A stretch of 64,000 nucleotides of DNA. Origin: an uncultured Gemmatimonadaceae bacterium. GTDB taxonomy: Bacteria > Gemmatimonadota > Gemmatimonadetes > Gemmatimonadales > Gemmatimonadaceae. The DNA lies in assembly GCA_963740565.1 (NCBI GenBank), contig CAVUFA010000003.1, positions 48,137-112,136 of the forward strand, given 5' to 3'. The translations under genes were made by a program, and so were the position numbers. The notes beneath the pieces were generated by a model that was not told where the DNA came from, did no database searches, and was given only the letters and a program-made list of their open reading frames with translations. This document shows positions 28,785 to 37,756 of this stretch, piece by piece (the first letter of the stretch is position 1; each line of letters begins with the position of its first letter).

Positions 28785-29264
28785 GTCTTGACGGCCAGGG
28801 CCGCAAGTTCGCCGAGAATGTCTCAGCACTTGGTCCCAACGCGCGAGGGGAAGTTTGTCCGGGCGTAGCTCGGCTCCTCGTTCTTCTTGCATCTCGCTTA
28901 CGGTACCCGCAGGAACCGCCACGTTCCGACGCGCTGTTGGTACTTGCCCACGATCGTGTCGCCGAGGACAACTTGGGCGTTAGGCTGCAGAAAACAGACT
29001 CTCCCTCACCACCACCCGACCTCGAAGGTCCGTGGTGATGAACAACGGCGTCGTGATGGCCGAGTCGTCGTCCGGCGGGGCGGTCAAGCTGAGGAAGCAG
29101 GGCAACGCCGACGGCCGTGAACGATCCGCCGCCGGCCGGTGTGCCCATATCGTCATCCGAATGGACGAATTTGACGTAATTCGTGAAAATCGCCCGAATG
29201 GGTGACGCGCGGGTAGGCGCGAGACCTTAGAATTGGCCGACCTCAATCCCACGGAGTAATCCGA

Positions 29265-29651
29265 ATGAAGCGAGTCACTGGCATTGGCGGTATCTTCTTC
29301 AAAGCCAAAGACTCTCCGGCACTACAGGCATGGTACAAGCGGCATTTGGGAATCGATGTCCAGGTGTGGGGCGGAGCTGCCTTCACCTGGACCGACGCCG
29401 AGGGCAAGCCGGTTGCGGGCACAACTGCATGGCTCATCGCTCCGCAAGAAAGTAAGCAGTTTGATCCGAGCTCTGCTCCCTTCATGGTCAACTACCGAGT
29501 GGAAGACGTCCACGCCTTGGTCAAGGCCTTGAAGGAAGAAGGCTGCAATGTGCTCGAGAAGATTGACGACACCGAGTATGGGAAGTTCGCCTGGGTCATT
29601 GATCCAGACGGAAACAAGGTCGAGCTATGGCAGCCGCCTCAAGGCCAGTGA
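29265..29651 (+). CDS. VOC-family (glyoxalase/bleomycin-resistance fold) protein
   Basis: 128 aa. Sequence MKRVTGIGGIFFKAKDSPALQAWYKRHLGI...FMVNYRVEDVHALVKALKEEGCNVLEKIDDTEYGKFAWVIDPDGNKVELWQP. Locally lower GC. Confidence 0.85.
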   Translation: MKRVTGIGGIFFKAKDSPALQAWYKRHLGIDVQVWGGAAFTWTDAEGKPVAGTTAWLIAPQESKQFDPSSAPFMVNYRVEDVHALVKALKEEGCNVLEKIDDTEYGKFAWVIDPDGNKVELWQPPQGQ

Positions 29652-29684
29652 GCAGGCTGGTTACTCACGGCCGCGAATTGCGGC

Positions 29685-29800
29685 CTAACCGGCGACGATC
29701 GGCGAATCCACGAGCTCGTCGTAGTCGGCCGCCCGGTAGTGGTCCCGGAGTCCGTCAGGCACGGTGTCGAGCGACGTCGCCAGCCGGCGATGCGCATGGA
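29685..29800 (-). pseudogene. Short fragment resembling the N-terminal domain of an M61 glycyl-aminopeptidase
   Basis: The tail of ORF 29685..30122 reads ...LDTVPDGLRDHYRAADYDELVDSPIVAG, which matches the M61 pattern y.a.dYDeLvDsPie.G. Nothing else of the enzyme is present. Confidence 0.3.
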
Positions 29801-30277
29801 CTAGGTGTGACGCGCTGCCGCGCCGGGCAGCAGTCCGTCGCCCGGTGCGGCCCGTTCGGCGGGTTACCCCTTCCGCCCGCAGACGACGAAGGCGCAAATA
29901 CCATGGTCGCCGCGACGCTGGCGCGAGCCCAAACATCCAGGCGGGTCTTGCCAGCCGCTCCATCAATCCGTCCCGTGCATCCGATTGGTGCTCCGCGCGC
30001 ACCGCGGAGCCAGTCCTGTCTCTCGCGCCCGCGCACTGCCCGAGGAGATTCCAGGCAAGACATAGCACGCGTTTCGACCCCTCCGGTGGCCGTGATCCCG
30101 TCGTTAGGCTTCGTCGGCGCACTCGTCGCGGCCTCTGGCGGCGGGTCAGATCGCTACGGCCTCCGCCAGTACACGGCTCCGCCGAGTCCGGATCCTGACG
30201 CCCACGCCAGCCCTGGGCCGGTGTTGTTATTCACGGACTGGCGCGCCATCACGAGCGGGATCCCCGCCGGGCAGGCG

Positions 30278-30643
30278 GTCCGTACGATCACCGAGGACCT
30301 GAAGAACCTCAACGTGCTCTTCGTCGGCACCGAGGCCGGCCTCTTCGTTTCACTCAACAAGGACCAGCATTTCGGAGCCCCGGCGATCGGCGGTTCTGGG
30401 GGAAGGAACCCGGACCCTGGCGCGGCGGTCACGTACTACCCGCGGAGCGCCGCGCGATCGGTGTCGGCGCGGATTACCGATGCGTCGGGAGCCCTGGTTC
30501 GCGGGTTACCCGCATCGGATTTCGCCGGTGAACTGGCATCGGGTGCACACCGGGTGCCGTGAGACCTGCGATACGAGCCCATCGCCGACTCTCTGCTGAA
30601 GGCGCGGGAAGCCACGGGGCAGATCACGCTGGTCAGAAAGTAG
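30278..30643 (+). pseudogene. C-terminal fragment of a BNR/sortilin-type repeat protein with an in-frame TGA
   Basis: VRTITEDLKNLNVLFVGTEAGLFVSLNKDQHF...AAVTYYPRSAARSVSARITDASGALVRGL...GAHRVP-TGA-DLRYEPIADSLLKAREATGQITLVRK-TAG. The TGA at 30560-30562 sits where the family has the Trp of WDLRY. Confidence 0.5.
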
Positions 30644-30658
30644 CAGACCCCACCGACG

Positions 30659-31102
30659 TCACCCCTGCAGCGAGCGGATGTCCTCCAGGTCCTTCGGACG
30701 TCCGCTCGCTTGCTTGTTACGGATGAACATTTCGAGGCCGAGGAACCCGACCGGGATGTCGAACACGGTTCCCGATAGCCGACTGGCCCACGCCTCACGG
30801 AAATCGACGCCACTTATAGACGTCATGAGGTCGATCCGATACGGCGGCAGGCCGAGCTGAATCACCTGGTCGGGTCTAGCAAAGTCAGCCTCGCGGATGC
30901 TCAGCGAAGCGAGCGGGGCGCCAAATGAGGCCAGTGCCTGCCAGACGCTGGCGGCGTTCTCCGTCGTCGGCTCCACCCACACGTCCAGGTCGCCGGTGAC
31001 GCGCGGCACGCCGTGCACGGCAAGCGCGTGCGCGCCGACGACAAGAAAGCGAACATCGCGGTCGACCAGCGCCGCGAGCAGGTCGCGGAAGTCGACGATC
31101 AC
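30659..31102 (-). CDS. Nucleotidyltransferase-fold protein (DUF6036-like), putative toxin-antitoxin component
   Basis: 147 aa. Sequence MIVDFRDLLAALVDRDVRFLVVGAHALAVHGVPRVTGDLDVWVEP... carries the G-x-x-A...T.DLD minimal NTase pattern. ATGA overlap with the upstream small gene. Confidence 0.65.
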   Translation of the reverse strand: MIVDFRDLLAALVDRDVRFLVVGAHALAVHGVPRVTGDLDVWVEPTTENAASVWQALASFGAPLASLSIREADFARPDQVIQLGLPPYRIDLMTSISGVDFREAWASRLSGTVFDIPVGFLGLEMFIRNKQASGRPKDLEDIRSLQG

Positions 31103-31314
31103 GAGCTACCCGCGTGCTGCTTCAGCGTGCCGACGCTGACCGGCATCGTCGCGCGCGTATATGTGGGAAGTGGCAGGCCGGCAAGTCGCCACGCCTCGAG
31201 GGTCAGCTCAGTAAGGGCCACCAGCCGCTCCTCCGGGGTTCCACCCATGCGCGCGTCGCCTGCCTCCCGGCTCGAGAGCGGAACCACGCGGGCCGTCATC
31301 CGTGAGCGATCCAT
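31099..31314 (-). CDS. Small partner protein of the nucleotidyltransferase (function unknown)
   Basis: 71 aa from the ATG at 31314 (MDRSRMTARVVPLSSREAGDARMGGTPEERLVALTELTLEAWRLAGLPLPTYTRATMPVSV). Its stop overlaps the downstream ATG. Confidence 0.4.
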   Translation of the reverse strand: MDRSRMTARVVPLSSREAGDARMGGTPEERLVALTELTLEAWRLAGLPLPTYTRATMPVSVGTLKQHAGSS

Positions 31315-31689
31315 TGCCGAGGAAGTTAATGCGGGCGACCGCGGGCGTCGCCCGCACCGATGAGCGACCGCACTCGCCGGACCGCACCTGGTGACGTTGG
31401 GGCCCATCCGTACGGCTGACCGCCGTGGCGCGATCGCACGGCCCTTGGAGCTCGCGTTCGACTTTGCACATCCTGGAATCTCAAGGAGCGAGCCGCGGGT
31501 AATCCGCTAACCATGTCCGGTCAGGTCCTGCCCGTGGGACTGACGGTCGTGATCTCGCAATTCGTCCGCGCACGCAGCTTGGGGCGTGTGCTCGCCGCCG
31601 AAAAGTTGATGGCTCCGCCCCCATCGAGGGTGAGGCTGCGCACGTTGCCCAGCTCCGCGATGATGGTCGGCAGAAGCGTTGCGCGTTGC

Positions 31690-32361
31690 GTGCGACGGCC
31701 TACCCGTCGTTGAGAACTGTCGCCGGATCGGCATCGTGGAAGACGCGCGTCGCGAAGCGCTCCTGGAGAGCGAACGCCAGTTCCAGTATTACGTGCCGCT
31801 CGCCCAGGCCCCCGCCCACGCAAAGCGCGACCTCGCACTGCTGGTCCGTGCCGGCAATCCGGAGTCCATCCGGATCCCGCTCGCGCGGAGCCTGCAGGCC
31901 GTCCGCGCCGACCTGCCGTTCGTCAGCGTGCGGACGCTCGAGGACGTGGTGGCGCCGGAGCTCCGACCGTGGCGGCTCGGCGCTTCGGTATTCGGGATCT
32001 TCGGCGCCCTGGCGCTGCTGGTGGCGGCCGTGGGAATGTACAGCGTGATGCAGTGCAGCGTCTCGCAGCGCACCCACGAGATGGGCGTGCGAATCGCGTT
32101 AGGCGCCCGGCGCGGCCAGATCATCAGGCTGGTGACAGCGCAGGCCCTGGCCCTGGCCGTGCTCGCCGCCGCGGCCGGCGTCGCGCTGGTGCTTGTGCTC
32201 GGTCCCTTTGTCAGAGGCCTGTTGTTCGAGACGTCGCCCGGGATCCCACCGTGCTCGCGACCGTGGCCGCGGCGCTCCTCGTCTCGGGCGTGCTCGCTGC
32301 CCTGCTCCCGGCGTGGCGCGCCGCCCGCACCGATCCGGTTCGGACTCTCAAGGCGGATTGA
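31690..32361 (+). pseudogene. C-terminal fragment of an FtsX/MacB-type (ADOP-like) ABC transporter permease, also frameshifted
   Basis: IVEDARREALLESERQFQYYVPLAQ...LRPWRLGASVFGIFGALALLVAAVGMYSVMQCSVSQRTHEMGVRIALGARRGQIIRLV... is in ORF 31679..32440. The true end, DPTVLATVAAALLVSGVLAALLPAWRAARTDPVRTLKAD, is in ORF 31969..32361. The frame change is at about 32235. The N-terminal two-thirds of such permeases is absent. Confidence 0.7.
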
Positions 32362-32618
32362 ATCCGGGATGGGAGAGGGGGGAAGGCAGATGCCAAAGGG
32401 CTTCGGGCTCCCGCGGCGGCGCCGCGGGTCGCTCGCTTGAAGCGCGACTGGTCGATACCGGGGATCGGCCCTCCTGGCCGCGATACCGCCGCCGTAGCGC
32501 TCTGCCATCGCGGCAGCTACCGTATGCGGAACAGGTCCCGGTTACGAACTACTCACGCGCGGGTCGTTGTGACTTCGATGGAGCGGCGGCGCCGCACGCG
32601 ATACTCTGGAGGTTTCGT

Positions 32619-32909
32619 ATGAGTTCCGATCCAGTCAGTCCCGATCCGGGCTTCGACGAAGCTGATACGAAGCACATCATGGCGCGCGCTTCAGCCCTCG
32701 ATGCCCAACGCAGCGAGCGACTTGACGCCGCCGCGTTGCGCGCCATCGCGACCGAAGCCGGAATCTCGCCGGCTGCGGTCGACCAGGCGATCCGTGAGCG
32801 GCTGCAGCCTCCAGTCCCCGGATTGCGCTCGTGGCCAGCTCGCCACGTTGGAGTGCTCATTCTCCTTGGACTTGTCGCTGCCGTGTTTCTTATTCGTCTA
32901 TTTCCCTGA
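32619..32909 (+). CDS. Hypothetical small membrane-anchored protein
   Basis: ATG at 32619 (MSSDPVSPDPGFDEADTKHIMARASALDAQRSERL...). C-terminal TM segment HVGVLILLGLVAAVFLIRLF. No family recognised. Confidence 0.35.
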   Translation: MSSDPVSPDPGFDEADTKHIMARASALDAQRSERLDAAALRAIATEAGISPAAVDQAIRERLQPPVPGLRSWPARHVGVLILLGLVAAVFLIRLFP

Positions 32910-32977
32910 GCGGCCTCAGGTCTACAGCCGCCTCGGCGTCGCGACCGACCATCGGCCGCACGATGCGAGTCTCGTCC

Positions 32978-33060
32978 GATTATCGACGCCATGGCACGGG
33001 CGCGTATCTGACCGCGTGGGATGTGCGCCGCGCCAAGCTGTTCGGTCGCGTGGTCGGCAC
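32978..33060 (+). mobile_element. Short fragment of an IS630-family transposase
   Basis: DYRRHGTGAYLTAWDVRRAKLFGRVV matches the IS630 DDE-domain pattern (eYkRhGt..L.aAlDv.tGkv.g). It is an isolated fragment with no inverted repeats seen. Confidence 0.4.
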
Positions 33061-33277
33061 GATCTCGATCCGGCCTTCGACGCGCTGGCCGAGCGCCCGA
33101 CGACGGTTCGGACCCGAGCGCCGTGACGAACCCTGATTGACGCGAAGACTCCCGCGGTGCTGAACGCGGTTTTCGCGGCTACGGGAGAGAGGATCCGGAG
33201 TTTGCCGCTTCGCTCAGGGAGGCTTCGCGAAGGATCCCGGAGCTCCGTGTAACAACTGGACTCCGTGATCCTTCGCT

Positions 33278-33312
33278 CCGCTCAGGATGACAATGCTGCG
33301 CTTAGGATGACA
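33278..33312. repeat. Two adjacent copies (20-bp period) of GCTYAGGATGACA
   Basis: Read directly: CCGCTCAGGATGACA at 33278-33292 and GCGCTTAGGATGACA at 33298-33312. Translated, it gives the LRSAQDD-type peptide that I recall seeing in spurious small ORFs over intergenic repeats in soil-bacterial genomes. Confidence 0.5.
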
Positions 33313-33882
33313 TCAAATCCCGGTCCAGGGACATGTCCCCGTGCTCTTGGACACGCGCGCGTTCCCGTTTGGATCGATCACGATTTGCCAGTGGAAGTTG
33401 AGCTGCAGTCGTTGGCCTGGCTGGCCGGACGCCTCGAAGTCAGGCTCGACTCCGGCCTCGACGTACAACCCATTCGGGTTCTGGAGGATGTGAGAAATAT
33501 CGTCCTTGCCCGGTCTCCCCTGCGCGATGTAGTACGTGACACCCTTGTAGATCACCCAGGTGTTTGCGCGATCGATGTTGAAGTAGTTCCGAGTGCTCAC
33601 GACTCCCGAAGGCGAGGTGAGGACGTAGAGTTGCACGGTACCGTTGACGTGCGCAAAGGGCGGGTCCTGAGGATCGACACAGGCCACCGCGTCCAGCGGA
33701 CCATCAAAAGAAACGGGAATCTCGAAATACTGCTGACTCACGGCGGCCTGCGCGGACGATGACAGGTGGTTCGCGATCGGGGTGGATGGCGAAACCGGGC
33801 TCGAACGATCGCTGCAACCGGCGAGCGACAAAGCGGTCGCAATGACCGCACCTATTCCCACCAAGCGTTGACTGGCAAGCAT
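33313..33882 (-). CDS. Hypothetical lipoprotein
   Basis: MLASQRLVGIGAVIATALSLAGC (lipobox L-A-G-C) followed by a beta-rich 165-aa domain. No family recognised. Confidence 0.6.
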   Translation of the reverse strand: MLASQRLVGIGAVIATALSLAGCSDRSSPVSPSTPIANHLSSSAQAAVSQQYFEIPVSFDGPLDAVACVDPQDPPFAHVNGTVQLYVLTSPSGVVSTRNYFNIDRANTWVIYKGVTYYIAQGRPGKDDISHILQNPNGLYVEAGVEPDFEASGQPGQRLQLNFHWQIVIDPNGNARVSKSTGTCPWTGI

Positions 33883-34029
33883 TTAGCACCTCCTCACGAC
33901 GTGTCGTTCGGGAGCCTGGGCCGCCCGCGAGGCCCGTTTGCTTGCAAGCTCCCGGATAGCACGCAATTTTCGCTGAGGCCGTCAACGCGGTGTCGTGCCT
34001 CCGTCGTGCAACCATCGAGCGAGGCGCAC

Positions 34030-34995
34030 TTGCAGACCATCCGGCTACTCGGCGGCGCTTCTGTCGATGCGCTCGATGGCGCAGCGACCAGACGTAACCC
34101 GGCGCAACGCACGCGGATGGCGTTGCTGGCCGTGCTTGCACTGTCCCGCACTCGCGCCGCCAGCCGCGACCGGCTCATGGCCCTGCTCTGGCCAGAGAGC
34201 GACACCGATCGCGCGCGCCATCTCCTGCGCGAGAGCCTGTACCGCCTGCGGGAATCGCTCGCAGCCGATGCCCTGGTGGCGGCCGGCGACGAAGTTTGGC
34301 TCGATCCCGCACGCATCGGCTGCGACGTCTGGGAGTTCGAGGCCGCGATCGAGCGCCGCGTGTGGGGCGACGCGGACCGCGCGTACAGCGGTCCCTTGCT
34401 CGATGGATTCTTTCTCACCGAGGCACCGGAGTTCGAGCGGCTGGTGGGCAACGAACGCACGCGTCTGGCCGACATGCACGCGCAGGCGCTCGAATCGCTG
34501 GCGGTCGACTACGGGACCCGCGGGGACTGGCCGGGCGCGGTCGCTCTCTGGCGCAGACGCTCGGCGGCAGACCCGCTCAACGCGCGCGTGGTACTTCATC
34601 TAATGGAAGCGCTGGACGCCGCCGGCGACCGCGCGGCCGCGCTCAGGGAGGCCACCGCCCACACGGCGTTGCTCGAATCGGGGCTGGGGGCCGCACAGGA
34701 TCCCGCCGTCGCCGCGTTCGCCGAGCAATTGCGGCAATCGCCAACGCGGCGCGCATCGACGAACGGCACAGCAGACGTCCGCACGGAAGTGGACATTCCC
34801 CGAGTCGACGCTGCCGAGGTCGCGCAGTCGGCAGAGTCGCAACCGGACGTCGCGACTTCGGTGACGGCTGTCGCGCGCCGGCCTCTTGCTCGACGCAACC
34901 AGGCGTACGCGGGGCTCGCGGTCATGGGCGTCGTCACGGTGCTGGCGACCGGTTTCATTCGGATGCGCGCGCGCGACGACGCCTGGGCTGAATGA
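34030..34995 (+). CDS. BTAD/SARP-like transcriptional regulator (wHTH plus bacterial transcriptional activation domain) with a C-terminal TM segment
   Basis: In-frame TTG at 34030 (LQTIRLLGGASVDALDG...RTRMALLAVLALSRTRAASRDRLMALLWPESDTDRARHLLRESLYRLR), then BTAD-like helices (CDVWEFEAAIE...AYSGPLLDGFFLTEAPEFERLV...ALREATAHTALLESGLG). The start codon is uncertain. Confidence 0.6.
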   Translation: MQTIRLLGGASVDALDGAATRRNPAQRTRMALLAVLALSRTRAASRDRLMALLWPESDTDRARHLLRESLYRLRESLAADALVAAGDEVWLDPARIGCDVWEFEAAIERRVWGDADRAYSGPLLDGFFLTEAPEFERLVGNERTRLADMHAQALESLAVDYGTRGDWPGAVALWRRRSAADPLNARVVLHLMEALDAAGDRAAALREATAHTALLESGLGAAQDPAVAAFAEQLRQSPTRRASTNGTADVRTEVDIPRVDAAEVAQSAESQPDVATSVTAVARRPLARRNQAYAGLAVMGVVTVLATGFIRMRARDDAWAE

Positions 34996-35092
34996 CGACG
35001 CCGTGGATGGACGATTCCCCGGCGTCCATCCACGGCGCGCGCTGTCCACCTCGCTTCGCTTGCCTGTCGCAGCGAGGCGGCCTGCGCTCGAA

Positions 35093-35458
35093 TTACGGCG
35101 CGCCCGCCACCTTCGCCAGCGGCGCGAACTGCTCCGCCACCTTCGGAAGGATCGAGGCGAGCTTCTCCGGCACGACCTTGGGGTCGAGGCCGGCCGACGT
35201 CGCCAGCGCGTTGATCTTGTCGCTGCCGAATCCCTTCAGCATCTGGTCCGGCGTCAGGGCCACCTTTGGCCCCTTGCCAGTCAGTGACGCCACCACCTGG
35301 CCGAGCCCCCTGTCCTGGAATTGTTTCATGAGCCCGGAGAAGCCGCCCGGAAGGTTCTGCACGAACTTGATCACTTCCTGCAGCAGCTTGGGATTCTCTC
35401 CGGTGACCTTCTCGGCGATTCCCGCCGCTCCGGCTTTCAAGGTTTCCAGCGGATTCAT
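35093..35458 (-). CDS. YidB-family (DUF937) protein
   Basis: 121 aa. Contains ...LPGGFSGLMKQFQDRGLGQVVASLTGKGPKVALTPDQMLKGFGSDKINALATSAGLDPKVVPEKLASILPKVAEQFAP. Confidence 0.75.
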   Translation of the reverse strand: MNPLETLKAGAAGIAEKVTGENPKLLQEVIKFVQNLPGGFSGLMKQFQDRGLGQVVASLTGKGPKVALTPDQMLKGFGSDKINALATSAGLDPKVVPEKLASILPKVAEQFAPLAKVAGAP

Positions 35459-35829
35459 ACGTCCTCCTCGCAGAATGGTCCGTCTGGCGGAGGCCGCGTG
35501 TTGGACGTCGCGAACCCTGTACCCTCGATTCAGTACGCGTCGTTGACGCGGATCTTGCCGCCAGAGATTCAGGCTACACGCGCAACGGTGCTCGCGCAGT
35601 CAGCGAGATCACCCCGACCGGCGGGGATTCGCCTGACCGGATGACGCCAGCTCCGTTGGCCTGCCAACAGCGAACATATGGTTGCGAGGTTTGCCGGACC
35701 TGCACGCAGGGCGGCAGCGACCGCGCTACCGCCCGAGAGACCTTTGGTCATCCGTATCCGCAAGGAGCCAGTTGCTCCGGCGTGTGCCACCGTGTTGCAT
35801 TCCGGAGATTCGCAGGAGCGCTCTCACGA

Positions 35830-37536
35830 ATGTTCGCCGTCGCGAAGGCCGTCACTCGACCTCATCGGCTCGCACTGCTCTTCACCATCGTGCCGTGCGC
35901 ACTGTTCGCCCAGCAACAGACGCCCCCCGGCAGCGAGCTGTACATCGTCAAAGGATGCCTCGGCTGTCACGGCGCGAGCGGGCGCGGAGGCGTGGGACCC
36001 GCGCTGGCCGCCACGACCCTCTCGCTCGACGCATTCCGCCATCAGCTTCGCCAGCCGCGACAGTACATGCCGCCGTTCCCGGCGGAAATCGTGAGCGACG
36101 CCGACGCCGCCGCCATCCGGAGTTTCCTGCAGACCGTACCGCCGCCGCCGCCCCGCATTCTGGGCAATCTGCCGCACGGCAATCTCGATGCGCAGAGCTG
36201 CCTGCCGTGCCACGCGAAGCTCGAGCCCACCATCACGCGGCAGTTCCTGTCGAGCGCCATGGGCAAGGCGGGCATGCAGGACGCGCGCGTCATCTACCCG
36301 CGACGGCAGATCACCTGTGCCGACTGCCACGGCCTCAATCACGACACGATCATGGCGGACAAGGGACGCGTGCCGGAGACCACGTGCGGCGTCTGTCATC
36401 CGCAGATCTACAAGGAGCACGTGCTGGACGCGGGGCATTCGTATGGTCCCGGACCGGGAACGCTGGGGATCAACTGGGAGCGCAACATCGGCATGCCGCA
36501 CTACAAGGAGATGCCGCGCAAGGTCATGGAGATGGGGTGCGACGCCTGCCATGCGCAGGCTGGCGCATCGGACCAGAAATACTGGAGCGATTCCCTGCAT
36601 CGTTATGTGGACCTGAGCAGCCTGGTCTATCGCAACGGCTGCATCGCCTGTCACACGCGGCACGCCTTCAACCTCGAGGAAGCGCGCAAGCCGGAAGCGT
36701 GCTACACGTGCCACATGGGCCCCGATCATCCGAACTTCGAGTCGTACATGGCGTCGAAGCACGGATCGATCTACGCGGCTCGCGGCGCCAGGTGGAACTG
36801 GACGACGTTCCTCGATTCGGCGACGTACGAGACGCCCACCTGCGCGTATTGCCACATGGTCTACGTGTCGGACAGCGGCGCGCGCACGGTGAGCCATAAC
36901 ATGACGCGGAAGATCATCTGGGGAATGGGCGTGCAGGCGGCAAGCGGAGAGCTCACCGATCTCGCCACCACGTCCCGGGGCGAGGCGAAGCGGCGGGAGA
37001 TGATCAAGGTCTGCATGACGTGCCATTCTGAGGACAGGGCGCGCGGCTATCTCTCATCCGCCGACGCGCACAAGCTGGCGGGCGACGCGCTCGTCATCGA
37101 TGCGCGCAACGTGCTCGCCGGACTCTATCGCGACGGCCTCATTCAGCCGAGCCATGCGGCGCGTTCGGCGGGACTGCTCCCGGGACCGCGGTTCACCGCC
37201 ATCGAGCTTCCTGGCGGTGTGGCGCAACACTCGCCGGCCAGCCTGTACTACGACGTGACGCCCATCGAGCGCGAGTACTTCGACATGTTTTTCTTCTCCG
37301 CGCTCAAGAGCTACAAGGGGGCGTTTCACATGAGCCCCGATTACGCGTGGTGGTACGGCTACGCGGACGTGCTCGGCCACCTCGCCGCCATCCGCGATGA
37401 CGCAGAGCGCCTCCGAAGTGATGAAGCCACGCGCAAGCGGACCTTGTTCATGATCTTCACCGGTCCGCTCATGGTCCTCGCGGTGCTGGGCGTCGTGTAC
37501 CTGATCTGGCGATCGCGCCGGCCCCCGGTGACCTGA
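35830..37536 (+). CDS. Multihaem c-type cytochrome: N-terminal monohaem class-I domain fused to a hydroxylamine-oxidoreductase (HAO)-like octahaem module, with a C-terminal TM anchor
   Basis: Signal peptide MFAVAKAVTRPHRLALLFTIVPCALFAQQ. Nine CxxCH motifs (CLGCH, CLPCH, CADCH, CGVCH, CDACH, CIACH, CYTCH, CAYCH, CMTCH). HAO-family blocks NGCIACHTRHAFNLEEARKPEACYTCHMGPDHPNFESYMASKHG and YKGAFHMSPDYAWWYG. Terminal helix LFMIFTGPLMVLAVLGVVYLIW. Confidence 0.85.
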   Translation: MFAVAKAVTRPHRLALLFTIVPCALFAQQQTPPGSELYIVKGCLGCHGASGRGGVGPALAATTLSLDAFRHQLRQPRQYMPPFPAEIVSDADAAAIRSFLQTVPPPPPRILGNLPHGNLDAQSCLPCHAKLEPTITRQFLSSAMGKAGMQDARVIYPRRQITCADCHGLNHDTIMADKGRVPETTCGVCHPQIYKEHVLDAGHSYGPGPGTLGINWERNIGMPHYKEMPRKVMEMGCDACHAQAGASDQKYWSDSLHRYVDLSSLVYRNGCIACHTRHAFNLEEARKPEACYTCHMGPDHPNFESYMASKHGSIYAARGARWNWTTFLDSATYETPTCAYCHMVYVSDSGARTVSHNMTRKIIWGMGVQAASGELTDLATTSRGEAKRREMIKVCMTCHSEDRARGYLSSADAHKLAGDALVIDARNVLAGLYRDGLIQPSHAARSAGLLPGPRFTAIELPGGVAQHSPASLYYDVTPIEREYFDMFFFSALKSYKGAFHMSPDYAWWYGYADVLGHLAAIRDDAERLRSDEATRKRTLFMIFTGPLMVLAVLGVVYLIWRSRRPPVT

Positions 37537-37721
37537 TGCCGGTGCGTGGCTGCGGATGAGGCGATTCGGGAGCGCATGCCGGCTGCGAGCTACAATGGAC
37601 TTACCACCCAGGTTCGGTCGCGCCGGACGGAGCGGTCGCAGGACCACCGCCGGGCGTCGGGCTTGGGCGGGGCCTTGCCGTTGCCAGCATGATATGGTAG
37701 CGTGCGTTACGCTAAACTGCA

Positions 37722-37739
37722 TTACGCACTTCTGCGTAA
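37722..37739. promoter_or_regulatory. Inverted repeat TTACGCA-CTTC-TGCGTAA (candidate operator) upstream of the AAA ATPase gene
   Basis: Read directly. A third TTACGC half-site lies at 37706-37711. It sits in an AT-richer patch 18 nt before the ATG at 37757. Confidence 0.4.
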
Positions 37740-37756
37740 CCCTGCCCCGATCTCTC

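Noticed and set aside
28790-29260. Several overlapping 75-140-aa ORFs on both strands between the Big_2 lipoprotein and the VOC gene.
   Set aside because: None shows a recognisable family pattern or a convincing start. It is probably non-coding or another eroded fragment.
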